A stretch of DNA of 63,880 nt, counting the filler, from Octopus bimaculoides (Eukaryota), in assembly GCF_001194135.2 (NCBI RefSeq). It is 7 parts of 7 records of this genome, joined end to end, with 100 filler letters (N's around TTAATTAATTAA, not from the genome) between each part and the next. Parts side by side here need not be neighbours in the genome. Positions count along the whole stretch, not along the records: positions 12,536 to 28,446 come from NC_068998.1; 6 more parts are not named here. One strand, 5' to 3'. A program made the translations under genes and the position numbers. Below, piece after piece: positions 13,100-27,063 of this stretch. The stretch's first letter is position 1. The number at the start of each line of letters is the position of its first letter. The notes below the pieces were generated by a model. That model worked only from the letters and a program-made list of their open reading frames with translations, was not told the origin of the DNA and did no database searches.

Positions 13100-13212
13100 A
13101 GGCGGTAAACTGGCAAAAGCATTAGCATTCAGGGCGAAATGCATGGAGTTCAAATTCCGCCTGTGACTTTGCTCCTTTCGCGTGTTGATAAGTTAAGTAC
13201 CCGTTGACCATT
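13100..13212 (+). mobile_element. SINE family B, degenerate
   Basis: GGCGGTAAACTGGCA..GGCGAAATGC..GAGTTCAAATTCCGCC..GATAAGTTAAGTACC. Confidence 0.65.
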
Positions 13213-13312
13213 AGGCTCAATGCAATCGGTACATCCCCACCCAACGAATGGTTCCTTTCATGGCAAAATTTGAAGCCATTATTATTATTAATAATATTAT
13301 TATCATTATTAT

Positions 13313-13711
13313 TCCTTCGTAACAATGTAGCTGAAAATGCACCGGAGTCTTTGGACCTAAGACAGATAATAGTTTCCTTAAGATGTGCATTGTATCCAAT
13401 AAGGTTGTTTTTTGCAAGACATCAATCTTGCATGGAATTTCCATTTGCCTTAAAAAGTCTTCAAGTTTCAGTGAGATTGTGCCCAACGTTCCCTTCACTT
13501 TTACATTACTCTCTCGCATTCCACACAGCCTTGCCATTTCCACTTTCAACTCGGAGTAACCGGTGATTGTTTTCCACTTCTTTACTCACAACATTCATGT
13601 CATTTGGTATGGCTACATCAATGATCTGACAGCATTTGTCTTTCTTATTCAATATAACAATATCCCGCCGACGGTGTTCGGTTACACGATCCGTCTGAAA
13701 ATCATAGTCCA
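13313..13711 (-). mobile_element. R4/Dong-type LINE 3' fragment (restriction-like endonuclease end) inside (TAA)n
   Basis: DYDFQTDRVTEHRRRDIVILNKKDKCCQIIDVAIPND..LQKTTLLDTMHILRKLL. TAA repeats on both sides; same 3' end as the 29030 copy. Confidence 0.85.
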
Positions 13712-13743
13712 ATATTATTATTATTATTATTATGATTATTATG

Positions 13744-13803
<60 letters not shown>
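13711..13803. repeat. (TAT)n microsatellite
   Basis: Direct tandem repeat. Confidence 0.95.
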
Positions 13804-13935
13804 AAGGCGGTCAGCTGGCAGAATCTTTAGCACGTTCGGCAAGATGCTTAGCGATATTTCGCCCTTTGTTTTTCATCCTTTCGGGGTCGATAAATTAAGT
13901 GCCGGTGAAATACTGGGGTCAGTGTAATTGACTAG
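13804..13935 (+). mobile_element. SINE family B, internally deleted
   Basis: GGCGGTCAGCTGGCAGAATC..TTTCATCCTTTCGGGGTCGATAAATTAAGT. Confidence 0.75.
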
Positions 13936-14261
13936 TAGAAAGGTTTACTATTATTATTAGTATTATTATTATCAGGTTAAAGGTTATAGGTTTGTGCAAT
14001 TAGCTCCACCGTTTCTTTCTATTGTAGCTGTAATTCCGTTTCTATACATAGAAAATGGCTGCAGTTTTATTTTATTATTTTTCGTCAGGTTTCCTTGATA
14101 TTCTAATCAACTTTACATTTCTTTTACTAATAGTTTTGTTGGCCTTCAGTGGTAAGTTGGTAATAGGTTTCTATTTTCATCAGCTCTTTTCGTCCCATTG
14201 GGCGTGAAATATATATTCTATATATATTTCTGTGCAGCATTATGCAGCATACACTCTGTGT

Positions 14262-14318
<57 letters not shown>

Positions 14319-14463
14319 GAGAGAGAGATATAGAGATAGATAGATAGATATATGAATTTTAGCAGATATGTGTGACTGTGGGTGTATATATGTATATATG
14401 TAAGTATGCATCTATCTGCTTACGTATGTATGTATGTATGTATGTATGAATCTGTGAATCTCA

Positions 14464-14501
<38 letters not shown>

Positions 14502-14510
14502 CCCATGTGC

Positions 14511-14557
<47 letters not shown>

Positions 14558-16310
14558 TATATATGTATATGTATATATATATTTTTGAATAGATATTATA
14601 TGTGTATATNNNNNNNNNNNNNNNNNNNNNNNNNNNNNNNNNNNNNNNNNNNNNNNNNNNNNNNNNNNNNNNNNNNNNNNNNNNNNNNNNNNNNNNNNNN
14701 NNNNNNNNNNNNNNNNNNNNNNNNNNNNNNNNNNNNNNNNNNNNNNNNNNNNNNNNNNNNNNNNNNNNNNNNNNNNNNNNNNNNNNNNNNNNNNNNNNNN
14801 NNNNNNNNNNNNNNNNNNNNNNNNNNNNNNNNNNNNNNNNNNNNNNNNNNNNNNNNNNNNNNNNNNNNNNNNNNNNNNNNNNNNNNNNNNNNNNNNNNNN
14901 NNNNNNNNNNNNNNNNNNNNNNNNNNNNNNNNNNNNNNNNNNNNNNNNNNNNNNNNNNNNNNNNNNNNNNNNNNNNNNNNNNNNNNNNNNNNNNNNNNNN
15001 NNNNNNNNNNNNNNNNNNNNNNNNNNNNNNNNNNNNNNNNNNNNNNNNNNNNNNNNNNNNNNNNNNNNNNNNNNNNNNNNNNNNNNNNNNNNNNNNNNNN
15101 NNNNNNNNNNNNNNNNNNNNNNNNNNNNNNNNNNNNNNNNNNNNNNNNNNNNNNNNNNNNNNNNNNNNNNNNNNNNNNNNNNNNNNNNNNNNNNNNNNNN
15201 NNNNNNNNNNNNNNNNNNNNNNNNNNNNNNNNNNNNNNNNNNNNNNNNNNNNNNNNNNNNNNNNNNNNNNNNNNNNNNNNNNNNNNNNNNNNNNNNNNNN
15301 NNNNNNNNNNNNNNNNNNNNNNNNNNNNNNNNNNNNNNNNNNNNNNNNNNNNNNNNNNNNNNNNNNNNNNNNNNNNNNNNNNNNNNNNNNNNNNNNNNNN
15401 NNNNNNNNNNNNNNNNNNNNNNNNNNNNNNNNNNNNNNNNNNNNNNNNNNNNNNNNNNNNNNNNNNNNNNNNNNNNNNNNNNNNNNNNNNNNNNNNNNNN
15501 NNNNNNNNNNNNNNNNNNNNNNNNNNNNNNNNNNNNNNNNNNNNNNNNNNNNNNNNNNNNNNNNNNNNNNNNNNNNNNNNNNNNNNNNNNNATATATATA
15601 TATATATATATATATACGCATGTATGTATAGACATGTGTGTTTGTCTCAATATAGTATTGATTTTTTAAATACTGTCATATGTTTATTCTCTTCTTCGTT
15701 AGTTAGTCTTATTACAGCCAGACACCAAGTTGTTATAGCATTTCCACTGCCCTTTTGGTTTCGGTTATTTAACTGTGGCAATGCTGGAGCAGTGCCTACA
15801 AGTTATATTGATCACCGTTATCGATCTGACTACGTTATTTTCAATGTCGTTTTGCAATGTATTGACCGCGAAGTGCTGACTGACTATGCTATATATATTT
15901 TTTTTTATAAAACTACGCATTTCGTTTCTCCTATCATTTACCCATGCACAGGCTTATATAAGAATACATACAAACACACAGAAACGTACACACACACACA
16001 CAAATGCACAAAACACATTATATACACGTGCACATACCTATCATACGTTTATACACATATAAACATATATACATAGATATTTATGTGTGTGTGTGAATAT
16101 GTTATATGATATATATATAAATGTGTGTGTGCGTGTGTATGTGTGAGTGTGTGTGTGTGTTTGTGTGTGTGTTTGAGCAAAGTACTTAACTTCATGTTGC
16201 TTCGCTGACTCTGAATTGGTAAACCCGAGACAGACTAGCTTTTCGTCCAAGGAAATACTGACCAGAATGCCTAGCTAGCAGGATTGAATCATGCGAAGAA
16301 TGGAGCATGC

Positions 16311-16354
<44 letters not shown>

Positions 16355-18021
16355 NNNNNNNNNNNNNNNNNNNNNNNNNNNNNNNNNNNNNNNNNNNNNN
16401 NNNNNNNNNNNNNNNNNNNNNNNNNNNNNNNNNNNNNNNNNNNNNNNNNNNNNNNNNNNNNNNNNNNNNNNNNNNNNNNNNNNNNNNNNNNNNNNNNNNN
16501 NNNNNNNNNNNNNNNNNNNNNNNNNNNNNNNNNNNNNNNNNNNNNNNNNNNNNNNNNNNNNNNNNNNNNNNNNNNNNNNNNNNNNNNNNNNNNNNNNNNN
16601 NNNNNNNNNNNNNNNNNNNNNNNNNNNNNNNNNNNNNNNNNNNNNNNNNNNNNNNNNNNNNNNNNNNNNNNNNNNNNNNNNNNNNNNNNNNNNNNNNNNN
16701 NNNNNNNNNNNNNNNNNNNNNNNNNNNNNNNNNNNNNNNNNNNNNNNNNNNNNNNNNNNNNNNNNNNNNNNNNNNNNNNNNNNNNNNNNNNNNNNNNNNN
16801 NNNNNNNNNNNNNNNNNNNNNNNNNNNNNNNNNNNNNNNNNNNNNNNNNNNNNNNNNNNNNNNNNNNNNNNNNNNNNNNNNNNNNNNNNNNNNNNNNNNN
16901 NNNNNNNNNNNNNNNNNNNNNNNNNNNNNNNNNNNNNNNNNNNNNNNNNNNNNNNNNNNNNNNNNNNNNNNNNNNNNNNNNNNNNNNNNNNNNNNNNNNN
17001 NNNNNNNNNNNNNNNTATACATATATATAAGTATAAAGGAATAAGGTTAAATTTCGAAGATTTAGATACCAGTAAATGTAAGTAGAATACAAATCCCACG
17101 CGTAAATTCTCATGTATGACATAAATCCAACAATCCTTTTGCAGAATTTTAAGAAATATGTACGAAGAAAATCATATCTTTACTTTAGAACGCCTTAAAG
17201 ATCCAACAATTGTTTCAATTGTATTAACATACACACACACACACATACACATACAAGCACACCCTGTCCAATGTTTGTTCACCCTCTGTAAAATCCCTGT
17301 GTATTACTGACTTGATGTGGAAAACTTGGCCAGATTTGGAAAACCCATAGTAGAAACAACTGTAAATGCTTAGTATTTTTTCGCTCATTTATTCTTATTA
17401 TTTGTTTATTTTAATTTATTGATTTATTTACTTGTTTATTTGCTTATCACATTTGTTCATTTTGATTACTTATACATATGATTGTAATCAAGTGATAAAC
17501 AGATATAAATAAATGTCTACAGGCCGATGCTTGCCGATTGATTATCCTCTCCATTTTCTTATTTGCCTTGTAAATTCTGGGTAAATTTCAGTTTTACTCC
17601 CACTCATATCTATTATTCAATTACTAAACAAATTAACATCGGTGGTGAAGCAGCATAGAGTGAAATATCAACACAGAGACACAAACACATGCATACGTAT
17701 AGAGGTACACATACGCATATGTGTATGTACATACATAAATATATATATCTATATATGTATATATCTATATATATATATATATGTATATATATGTATGTAT
17801 ATATATATATATATAAGGTTAAGAAGGGTATTGGGTACAACCAAACCCAAATATACAAGTAATACCGAGTAAGTGCTGTATACCGGCTAGTTTTGCCCCA
17901 TTCGTTGTATAAACAAGAGTGGGGATTATAACATAGGTCGTGTATTAGCGTGTGTGTGTGTATAAAGAGAGAAAAAGATACTGCTAACTTTGCCATTGTT
18001 CTCTTTATCCTTTTCTCTCTT

Positions 18022-18092
<71 letters not shown>

Positions 18093-18109
18093 GTGTATAT
18101 ATATGTATG

Positions 18110-18262
18110 TATTTGACAGGTTTCTTTCAGTTTGTGTCAACCAAATCTATTTTCAAGGCTTCAATCGTTCTTCAGTTATATTAGAAGATACTGGCTCAAT
18201 GTGACATCCTGTAGGTTTGAGCCCAAAACTATGTAGTTGGGAAGCAAACTTCTTTATTTCAC
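18110..18262 (-). mobile_element. SINE family A head, degenerate
   Basis: Reverse match to 53258-53400. Confidence 0.65.
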
Positions 18263-18716
18263 CAAATTTACCATAAATGCAGGAAGGAAGGAAGAAGACA
18301 AGAAACAGTTAAAAAAACACAGCAAATTATTCTGGTCGTCCTGGTACTCGTAGGCAACTTGGTAATCCTCTTGGTAAGGGCACAAAACAGTCACACAAAA
18401 ATGGTAAAAAAATAAGCACAATTATAGGCGGAGGGACACGCCCCCAAAACACACTTCTCTCCGCTAAGTGAGACTTTAAACACGACTACAGGCAGACAAA
18501 TGCGTGGAACTCAGTGGAGATTTCTTGTTCAGCAAAAATAAATAAACACGAGCAACAAACCCCCACTGAATCCCAAAAAACAAATGTCTTTCAATAATTC
18601 ACGACGTTGGTATACAGCGACGTGACTCCTAGCAGTGCAAAGAAAACACTGACCAACGCATGCGCAGGAAGCAAGCTTCTTACCGGACAGCCATCCCTGG
18701 GTTTATAAAGATTGAG

Positions 18717-18790
18717 TTACCATGCCGGGAATCGAGCACGGACCGCCTGGGTGAAAAAAGAAAGCAGTAATCCTAACCACAAAACAGATA
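18717..18790 (-). pseudogene. tRNA-Glu(TTC) pseudogene
   Basis: Reverse strand GTGGTTAGGATTACTGC[TTTCTT]TTTTCACCCAGGCGGTCCGTGCTCGATTCCCGGCATGGTAA follows eukaryotic tRNA-Glu, with a roughly 6-nt insertion in the anticodon arm and a damaged T loop. Confidence 0.7.
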
Positions 18791-19359
18791 TTTTTTTTAA
18801 AATCTTTTCCTACCAAAATATATTTTCAGAATGTCATCAAAGAAGTTCGATGGCGTACTTTAAGCCTTCCAGCTGCTTTCCACTCAACATTAAAGTCATT
18901 TGGTATAGATTCGTCGTTAATTAATAGATCATTGTATTTTTCCTAATAGAGAATGAGGTCAGGCACATTATAATAGATCTTGTAGTCTACAGCATATTAT
19001 AAAGTCCCATAATATCTTCGCTTTGTCATATTTGAAGGTAGGTGGAGCTTCATACGGCTACCATTATTACCATTATTATCGTGTAACATTACTATCCTCC
19101 TCATTATCAAATTATTGTTGTCTCTTCTTCTTCTTCTTCTTCTTCTTCACATCATATTATCAGCATTATTAGTACTATTATTATAGTTACTACTACTACT
19201 ACTACTACTATTAGTCTTCTTATTACTAGGTTCATTTTATTTAAGGAAATGAATCCCATTAACGGTATTTCAATTCTAAATGTCAACTACAGAAACCAAG
19301 GGATTGTTCCTTTTTACTTTTTCGATAATTTTTTTCTTCTTCATCTGTCACACACTCAA

Positions 19360-19407
<48 letters not shown>

Positions 19408-19907
19408 TTATACACACACACACACACACACCCATACACACCTTACTCTTGACTATATTTTTCAGATTTCACTTTCTCTTTTACGCAACTCTCTGTCTTT
19501 ATCTATCTGTCTACTTAACTATCTATCTATCTGTCTATCTATCTATCTATCCATCTATCTATCTATCTATCTATCTATCCATCCATCTATCGATATGTCT
19601 GTATGTCTGTCTATTGGTCTATCTGCATTTTTACCTTTTTCTACCTGTCTATCTATCTTTCCCTTCATCATTGTGCCAATCAATTTATTTATCAATCTAT
19701 TTATTTATATTCTAACCCACTTATATTTATGTATCTGGGCATCTATGTTTCTACTTACCTATCTGCTCTCCTATCTTGCAATGTAGTTAGTTATCTATAT
19801 TTTGTATCAGTAGTCTGGAAACCCATTATCCAAAGCCAGGATATAACAAAAGGTAAAATCACCAACTCGAGTCACACAGACTCATAAGGACCAATTTCTC
19901 TGTTTCA

Positions 19908-20012
19908 TCACTTATTTTTTGAAGCTTAGTACTTATTCAATCGGTGTTTTTTTTTGTTTGTTTTTTTTGCCGAACTGCTAGTTAACAGGGATGTAAGTAC
20001 AACAACAATGGA
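19908..20012 (-). mobile_element. SINE family A tail fragment (local duplicate of 20540-20630)
   Basis: Shares private T-run expansions with the copy about 600 bp downstream. Confidence 0.7.
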
Positions 20013-20049
20013 TTACAGCGGTGGTGTCATCTGATTTTTCTGTTTCATG

Positions 20050-20240
20050 GTGTATATATATTCCCCACCCGGACGGGACGCCGGCCCGTCGCAGGATTAC
20101 TCAATTCTGCCAGCTGAGTGGACTGGAGCAACGTTAAATGAAGTGTTTTGCTCAAGAGCACAACGCGACGCCCGGTCCAGGAATCGAAACCACAATCTTA
20201 CGATCATAAGTCCAACCATTAACCCACGCGCTGCCACTGT
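20050..20240 (-). mobile_element. SINE family D (short-tail variant)
   Basis: tRNA-like head plus TTGAGCAAAACACTT..GCTCCAGTCCACTCAGCTG and a CCTGCGACGGGCCGGCGTCCCGTCC tail; homologous to 48875-49060. Confidence 0.75.
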
Positions 20241-20489
20241 ATTACTACGTCCCTCCGTATGACATGAAGCTCCATCACTTCGTGTGGCTCTGGTTCGGGA
20301 GTTTGAAAGTTTTGAAGAGAGTGGAATCACGTCTCGGCCTCTGTTATTCATGAATATTGATATGATCGGAAATTTACCACCTGGCCGGAGTAATAGCACC
20401 TGTCACATACTGACCTCACACCTGTCGAGTGCTAATTACTTAGGGTCCCAGCTATGGTTTAACTAGCAATTGACGACAATATATTTTTT

Positions 20490-20850
20490 TACTTGTTTCA
20501 GTCATTTGATTGCGGCCATGCTGGGGCACTCACTAGGAATTATTTTTTGAAGCCTAGCACTTATTCAATCGGTGTTTTTTTTTTGTTTTTTTTTGCCGAA
20601 CTGCCAGTTAACGGGAATGTAAGTACAACATCAGTGTATGACAACGGTGGTTGGGGGGCAAACCGAAACAGAGACACACACATACATAAATTCACACACA
20701 CATACACACACACGCACACATGTACTACGGACTTCCTTCAGTGTCCGTCTGACAGATCCACTCACAAGTATTTGGTCGGCCTGAGCGCCTATAGTAGAAG
20801 ACACTTGCCCAAGGTGACACGCAAGTTTCTTATCATACAACCACGGCATA
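20490..20850 (-). mobile_element. SINE family A, near complete with deletions
   Basis: Head (20720-20850) and tail (20490-20695) in the same order as 53258-53648. Confidence 0.8.
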
Positions 20851-20893
20851 TTTATACCTATGTAATTGTTATATATATATATATATACATATG

Positions 20894-20941
<48 letters not shown>

Positions 20942-22178
20942 NNNNNNNNNNNNNNNNNNNNNNNNNNNNNNNNNNNNNNNNNNNNNNNNNNNNNNNNNNN
21001 NNNNNNNNNNNNNNNNNNNNNNNNNNNNNNNNNNNNNNNNNNNNNNNNNNNNNNNNNNNNNNNNNNNNNNNNNNNNNNNNNNNNNNNNNNNNNNATATAT
21101 ATATATATATATATATATAAGCACACATATTTTGCACATATACATACACACAAACACAAGAACACAGTCTAACGTACACGGCTTTCGCATACAAGAAAAG
21201 AAATTGAACAAGACAAACATGGAGAAATGTATAAGCGTATGGAGGAGGTAAGTGAAGATGAGGACGATGAAAGAGTAGGATAGACATCAGTATACACTTG
21301 TGATTCCCATAGTTTAAATTTACCTTTACAATTTCTGGAGAATATTTTCAAAATATAGGAAAATATTGCAGAAAATAAAGAGAGAACGCAAATCGCAAAA
21401 ACATATTTTGAAGCTTATATTATATATAAATCTTATATGTTACATATACGTGTTCTACATGTGTAAACATTTATATACATAATGCATACATGCACACATA
21501 CATAATACATACATATATACATACTTATACATATACATATACATACATATATATATATNNNNNNNNNNATATATATATATATATATATATATATGCAACA
21601 AATGTTTCTGTGTTTTATATTTATAGATAGAAACATACGCACATGTATTGTTTGCACACTTACAAGCGTACAGAGATATAGACATATGCGTATACATGTG
21701 TGTGCGTTTTCTTGTATCTGCGTGTGTCTGTGTTTGTATGTGCATGTAAGTGTGCGTGCATGCGTGTGTGTATGTGTGTATCTGTGTAGGTGTGTGGAGG
21801 GTTTGTGCATGTATATTTATAGAGAGAAAGACAATGTATGCGTGAGAGAATATAGACAGAAACACCATTACCCGTTGTTTTTTGTTTTTGTTTTTTTTTT
21901 CATATTTTATATCAAACCTATTTAAACCTGTTTATATTATAAAAATAAGTGGCCTTCGGTTGTTTTGTTTCTTGTGTTTAGCTGGGGAAAAAACGTTGAT
22001 CGCCATATTTGAAGGGAAAAAATATGTTACCGAATAATATATAATAAACACATAAGAAAGAAGAGATGAAGTATAGAAATGGGAGAATTCATGCAAAGGG
22101 GATAATCCTTCTTTGCGAGTGCATCGGTGACTTGAAAGTCATTCAGTGCATAATATATCTGAATACATACGCAGATAT

Positions 22179-22209
<31 letters not shown>

Positions 22210-22754
22210 NNNNNNNNNNNNNNNNNNNNNNNNNNNNNNNNNNNNNNNNNNNNNNNNNNNNNNNNNNNNNNNNNNNNNNNNNNNNNNNNNNNNNNNNNNN
22301 NNNNNNNNNNNNNNNNNNNNNNNNNNNNNNNNNNNNNNNNNNNNNNNNNNNNNNNNNNNNNNNNNNNNNNNNNNNNNNNNNNNNNNNNNNNNNNNNNNNN
22401 NNNNNNNNNNNNNNNNNNNNNNNNNNNNNNNNNNNNNNNNNNNNNNNNNNNNNNNNNNNNNNNNNNNNNNNNNNNNNNNNNNNNNNNNNNNNNNNNNNNN
22501 NNNNNNNNNNNNNNNNNNNNNNNNNNNNNNNNNNNNNNNNNNNNNNNNNNNNNNNNNNNNNNNNNNNNNNNNNNNNNNNNNNNNNNNNNNNNNNNNNNNN
22601 NNNNNNNNNNNNNNNNNNNNNNNNNNNNNNNNNNNNNNNNNTATATATATCGCTCCTTCTCTCTCTCGTCCCTTCTCCCTCTCACCCGTTCTCTCTCTCC
22701 CTCACTCTGTCTCCCCTCTCCCCCTCTCTCGCTTTGTGTACATATATGTGTGTG

Positions 22755-22793
<39 letters not shown>

Positions 22794-23351
22794 CCAGAGA
22801 GAATGAAAGGGAAAGAGAGAAAGAACCGAATTTGGTGAGACGGTGTAAAAAGGAGAGGGACATAGTTACATAGACGCGCGCGCGTACTTAAATATAAATG
22901 GATGGAATGATAGGCATGGATAGTCAGGTAGGTAGATACGTATGTAGTAAGTATATATATTTATTTGCGTGAGTGTGATTGTATACATGCAACTTATTTC
23001 AAAAAGAGCTAAAGATGACAGGATTTGTAAACGAAATCCACTTCCGCATATTTTGAAACATATAAAGACTCTAGACTTAGATTCGTGCAGATCACGCGCT
23101 GCATTTCTATGCTAGTGGTAACCATTTTATGTTTCTTTTTCCCTTAGGGCAAATCATTGTGCTAGAAGTGTATCACAAATTCGTTACATAACACAGAAAT
23201 TCACGGTATACTGAAGATTCTAGAATGATAAAAAAAACCGGCAAACAACGCAGTAATAATTTTCGATAGATGAACACACATTGTGCATGAAATAAACCCA
23301 TAGGACTAGCCCGAAATAATAATTTTTACTTCGTATTTTCTCTATTACTCT

Positions 23352-23415
23352 GTAAGACACTTTATTTCACGTTGCTCAAGTTCACTCAGCTGTAGAAATG
23401 AGTTGCGACGTCAAC
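23352..23415 (+). mobile_element. SINE family D central fragment
   Basis: AAGACACTTTATTTCACGTTGCTCAAGTTCACTCAGCTGTAGAAATGAGTTGCGACGTCA matches 45430-45485. Confidence 0.7.
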
Positions 23416-24361
23416 TCATTGGTCTCTGAAAAGACCATGAAAATTGGAAGTGCAATTCATCTCCAAGACCCACAAACTGTAAAGAAGATCCTCCTCTTTA
23501 TGGGGACTACAAAAGCAATTAATTGTAATTTATCTGTATTTCTTTTCCCTAATTTCAGCTTTGTATTTCTCGCCGGCAATAGTTATTCCAATCTAAAAGA
23601 AAGAAGAAATTTGAGACAAACTAAATATTATCATAGCAACATAGTCACCATACAAAATCCATATGATCTGACGTTTGTTGCCATTAATGAAGATGGCTTC
23701 GAATCTTCCACCCTACAATTATATCCATTTGAATATAACCAGATCGCTGTATAAAGTAACTTCCAAATGCAATATTTAAAGCCTTTCCCATATATGCCTA
23801 AACACTTTTACAAGAAAATGATTACATTTAACCAAAAGTAGTGATTGCCCCAAAATTTAATAATCTTAAGCCTTTTCCATTCGCATAAGCAATTACCAAT
23901 CTCCAGGATTCTTAAAAGTGCAAAAGTGCAGAGAGAAAGCTACCAAAGTCCCCAGGGACTTAAATTTCTTATCTAATAAATATTCTTCTGAAATAGATAT
24001 ATAACTCTCCAAGAATTAGACGGTATACGTCATTTTTTAAAAATTCTACGTCTTTGACAATGCCTTATTGTCTTCATCATCATCTAATTTTCGAAATATA
24101 GGTTCAGTTGCACTCACTGGAAACCTCTTTAATTGGAGTTCAGATCGAACTCCGTGGCAGTGGAATTTCGTAAACGTAACAAGTCGAACATTTATTTGAT
24201 CTCCTCTTTCTCTCTTTTTTCTTTCTTTCTTTCTCTCTTTCTTCCTTTGTTTGTTTGTTTGTTTCTTTGTTTGTTTGTTTGTTTGTTTCTTTCTTTCTTT
24301 CTTCCTCCCTTCCTTTCTTTTTCATTATTCCTTCCTTCTTTCTTTCTTTCTTTCTTTCTTC

Positions 24362-24396
<35 letters not shown>

Positions 24397-24397
24397 G

Positions 24398-24429
<32 letters not shown>

Positions 24430-24575
24430 TGTTTGCGTTTCCCTTCTATTCTCTTTCTTTCTCTCTCTTCCTCTCCCTGCCTTTCCACTCTCTCTATATA
24501 TGTATATATATATATATATATATATTGATATGTATATATATGCACATATGTATATATATATATATNNNNNNNNNN

Positions 24576-24626
<51 letters not shown>

Positions 24627-25588
24627 TATGTATGCATGTGTCTGTGTCTGTGTCTGGATGTGTGTGTGAGTGTTTATATAGAGGCAGATATATAATACAC
24701 ATGTATTTCTATGGCATAATACATATTTAAATAAGTGCGTGTGTCTGCACATACTCATACATGCATATATCAACCAACAGGCAAGCACACACATACAAAC
24801 ACACTCACACACGCATGCATGCGTTCACTTACACACCCTAATATGTAACGCATACAAAAATATGATTTTTATAGAGACGATTATAATTGAGTTCTATCTC
24901 TTCTATTGAAAGTTTCTCACACTTCCTTGTCCGTCCTTTATGTATGGTTTGTAACAATAGGCAACCGAAATCCGTTCGGCCATTAACGTTCGAAAAACAT
25001 TCTCAAAACTCATCATCAAAATATGTGCGCATGCGTGTCAATGTATGATGTGTATGTGTGTGCTTATGAGCATGTGTCTTCTTATCGTTTTATACACACG
25101 TACGCACACATAAAAGAATATATATATATATATATATACATATATATATACACATATATATAAGTATATATACGTATATGTACAGGCCTATATATAGTTA
25201 TGTATATAAGGACATATTTCAAAATACACGTATACATATAAATATATACAGACGTTGAGCAATGTGCCCATAAGATGCACGCATACATATTTTCATATAT
25301 ATAAATATAAGAGCGTATATGTAAGAATAAAAATATACGTATAGCTATATACGTCCTAATTGTACGTATAAGCTTGTTTCCACGTGAGCCTGCGTGTCTA
25401 TCAATGCTACATAGGATGCACCACTTCAGAAATGTAATCTGTTCCTTCCATCTTCATGTCAAATCTATTTCCTCTACTTCCGTTAGACTAAAATATGTTC
25501 AGCCATAACCAGACAGTGACGATTCCGTATGATGTCTACTACATCGAGGCTTGTGTATAAACATGACATACTTTACAACAACCGGTGG

Positions 25589-25657
25589 CTGGAAGCTGTT
25601 GTCTGGAAGCTGGTGTCTGGAAGCTGGTGTCTGGAAGCTGGTGTCTGGAAGCTGGTG
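25589..25657. repeat. 14-bp minisatellite (CTGGAAGCTGGTGT) x5
   Basis: Five tandem units, the first with one mismatch. Confidence 0.9.
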
Positions 25658-25863
25658 GGTACAAGTGAAACGGTTGCGGCTGAAAGTGGGGTGTGTGAAT
25701 AAATTATGTTAGACTGTGAGTGGGGTGGGATATAATTGCGTCAGATAGAAATAGTAGGAAGCTGGGATCTCGTGGTAGTGATACGGATTATTTTACCCTT
25801 CGGCCATAGTGTATCACCAGTTCATAAATACACCCCACGCACACACAAACTCATACACATGTA

Positions 25864-25897
<34 letters not shown>

Positions 25898-26838
25898 CAT
25901 ACATACATACATGCATACATACATATATATATATANNNNNNNNNNNNNNNNNNNNNNNNNNNNNNNNNNNNNNNNNNNNNNNNNNNNNNNNNNNNNNNNN
26001 NNNNNNNNNNNNNNNNNNNNNNNNNNNNNNNNNNNNNNNNNNNNNNNNNNNNNNNNNNNNNNNNNNNNNNNNNNNNNNNNNNNNNNNNNNNNNNNNNNNN
26101 NNNNNNNNNNNNNNNNNNNNNNNNNNNNNNNNNNNNNNNNNNNNNNNNNNNNNNNNNNNNNNNNNNNNNNNNNNNNNNNNNNNNNNNNNNNNNNNNNNNN
26201 NNNNNNNNNNNNNNNNNNNNNNNNNNNNNNNNNNNNNNNNNNNNNNNNNNNNNNNNNNNNNNNNNNNNNNNNNNNNNNNNNNNNNNNNNNNNNNNNNNNN
26301 NNNNNNNNNNNNNNNNNNNNNNNNNNNNNNNNNNNNNNNNNNNNNNNNNNNNNNNNNNNNNNNNNNNNNNNNNNNNNNNNNNNNNNNNNNNNNNNNNNNN
26401 NNNNNNNNNNNNNNNNNNNNNNNNNNNNNNNNNNNNNNNNNNNNNNNNNNNNNNNNNNNNNNNNNNNNNNNNNNNNNNNNNNNNNNNNNNNNNNNNNNNN
26501 NNNNNNNNNNNNNNNNNNNNNNNNNNNNNNNNNNNNNNNNNNNNNNNNNNNNNNNNNNNNNNNNNNNNNNNNNNNNNNNNNNNNNNNNNNNNNNNNNNNN
26601 NNNNNNNNNNNNNNNNNNNNNNNNNNNNNNNNNNNNNNNNNNNNNNNNNNNNNNNNNNNNNNNNNNNNNNNNNNNNNNNNNNNNNNNNNNNNNNNNNNNN
26701 NNNNNNNNNNNNNNNNNNNNNNNNNNNNNNNNNNNNNNNNNNNNNNNNNNNNNNNNNNNNNNNNNNNNNNNNNNNNNNNNNNNNNNNNNNNNNNNNNNNN
26801 NNNNNNNNNNNNNNNNNNNNNNNNNNNNNNNNNNNNNN

Positions 26839-26871
<33 letters not shown>

Positions 26872-26964
26872 CACATATATAAATATATATATGTGTGTGT
26901 GCAAATGTGAAGATACATGTACTGTATGCGCTATATCAGGACCTATTTGAGTTTGTAGTTATCA

Positions 26965-27007
<43 letters not shown>

Positions 27008-27010
27008 ATA

Positions 27011-27063
<53 letters not shown>

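Noticed and set aside
21185-21250. Possible exon ending GAG|GTAAGT (TRKEIEQDKHGEMYKRMEE)
   Set aside because: No convincing acceptor, an in-frame stop just upstream, and no recognisable homology.
23420-24110. Possible L1-type ORF2 C-terminal relic on the minus strand
   Set aside because: Only faint motifs across many stops and shifts; cannot be supported by eye.
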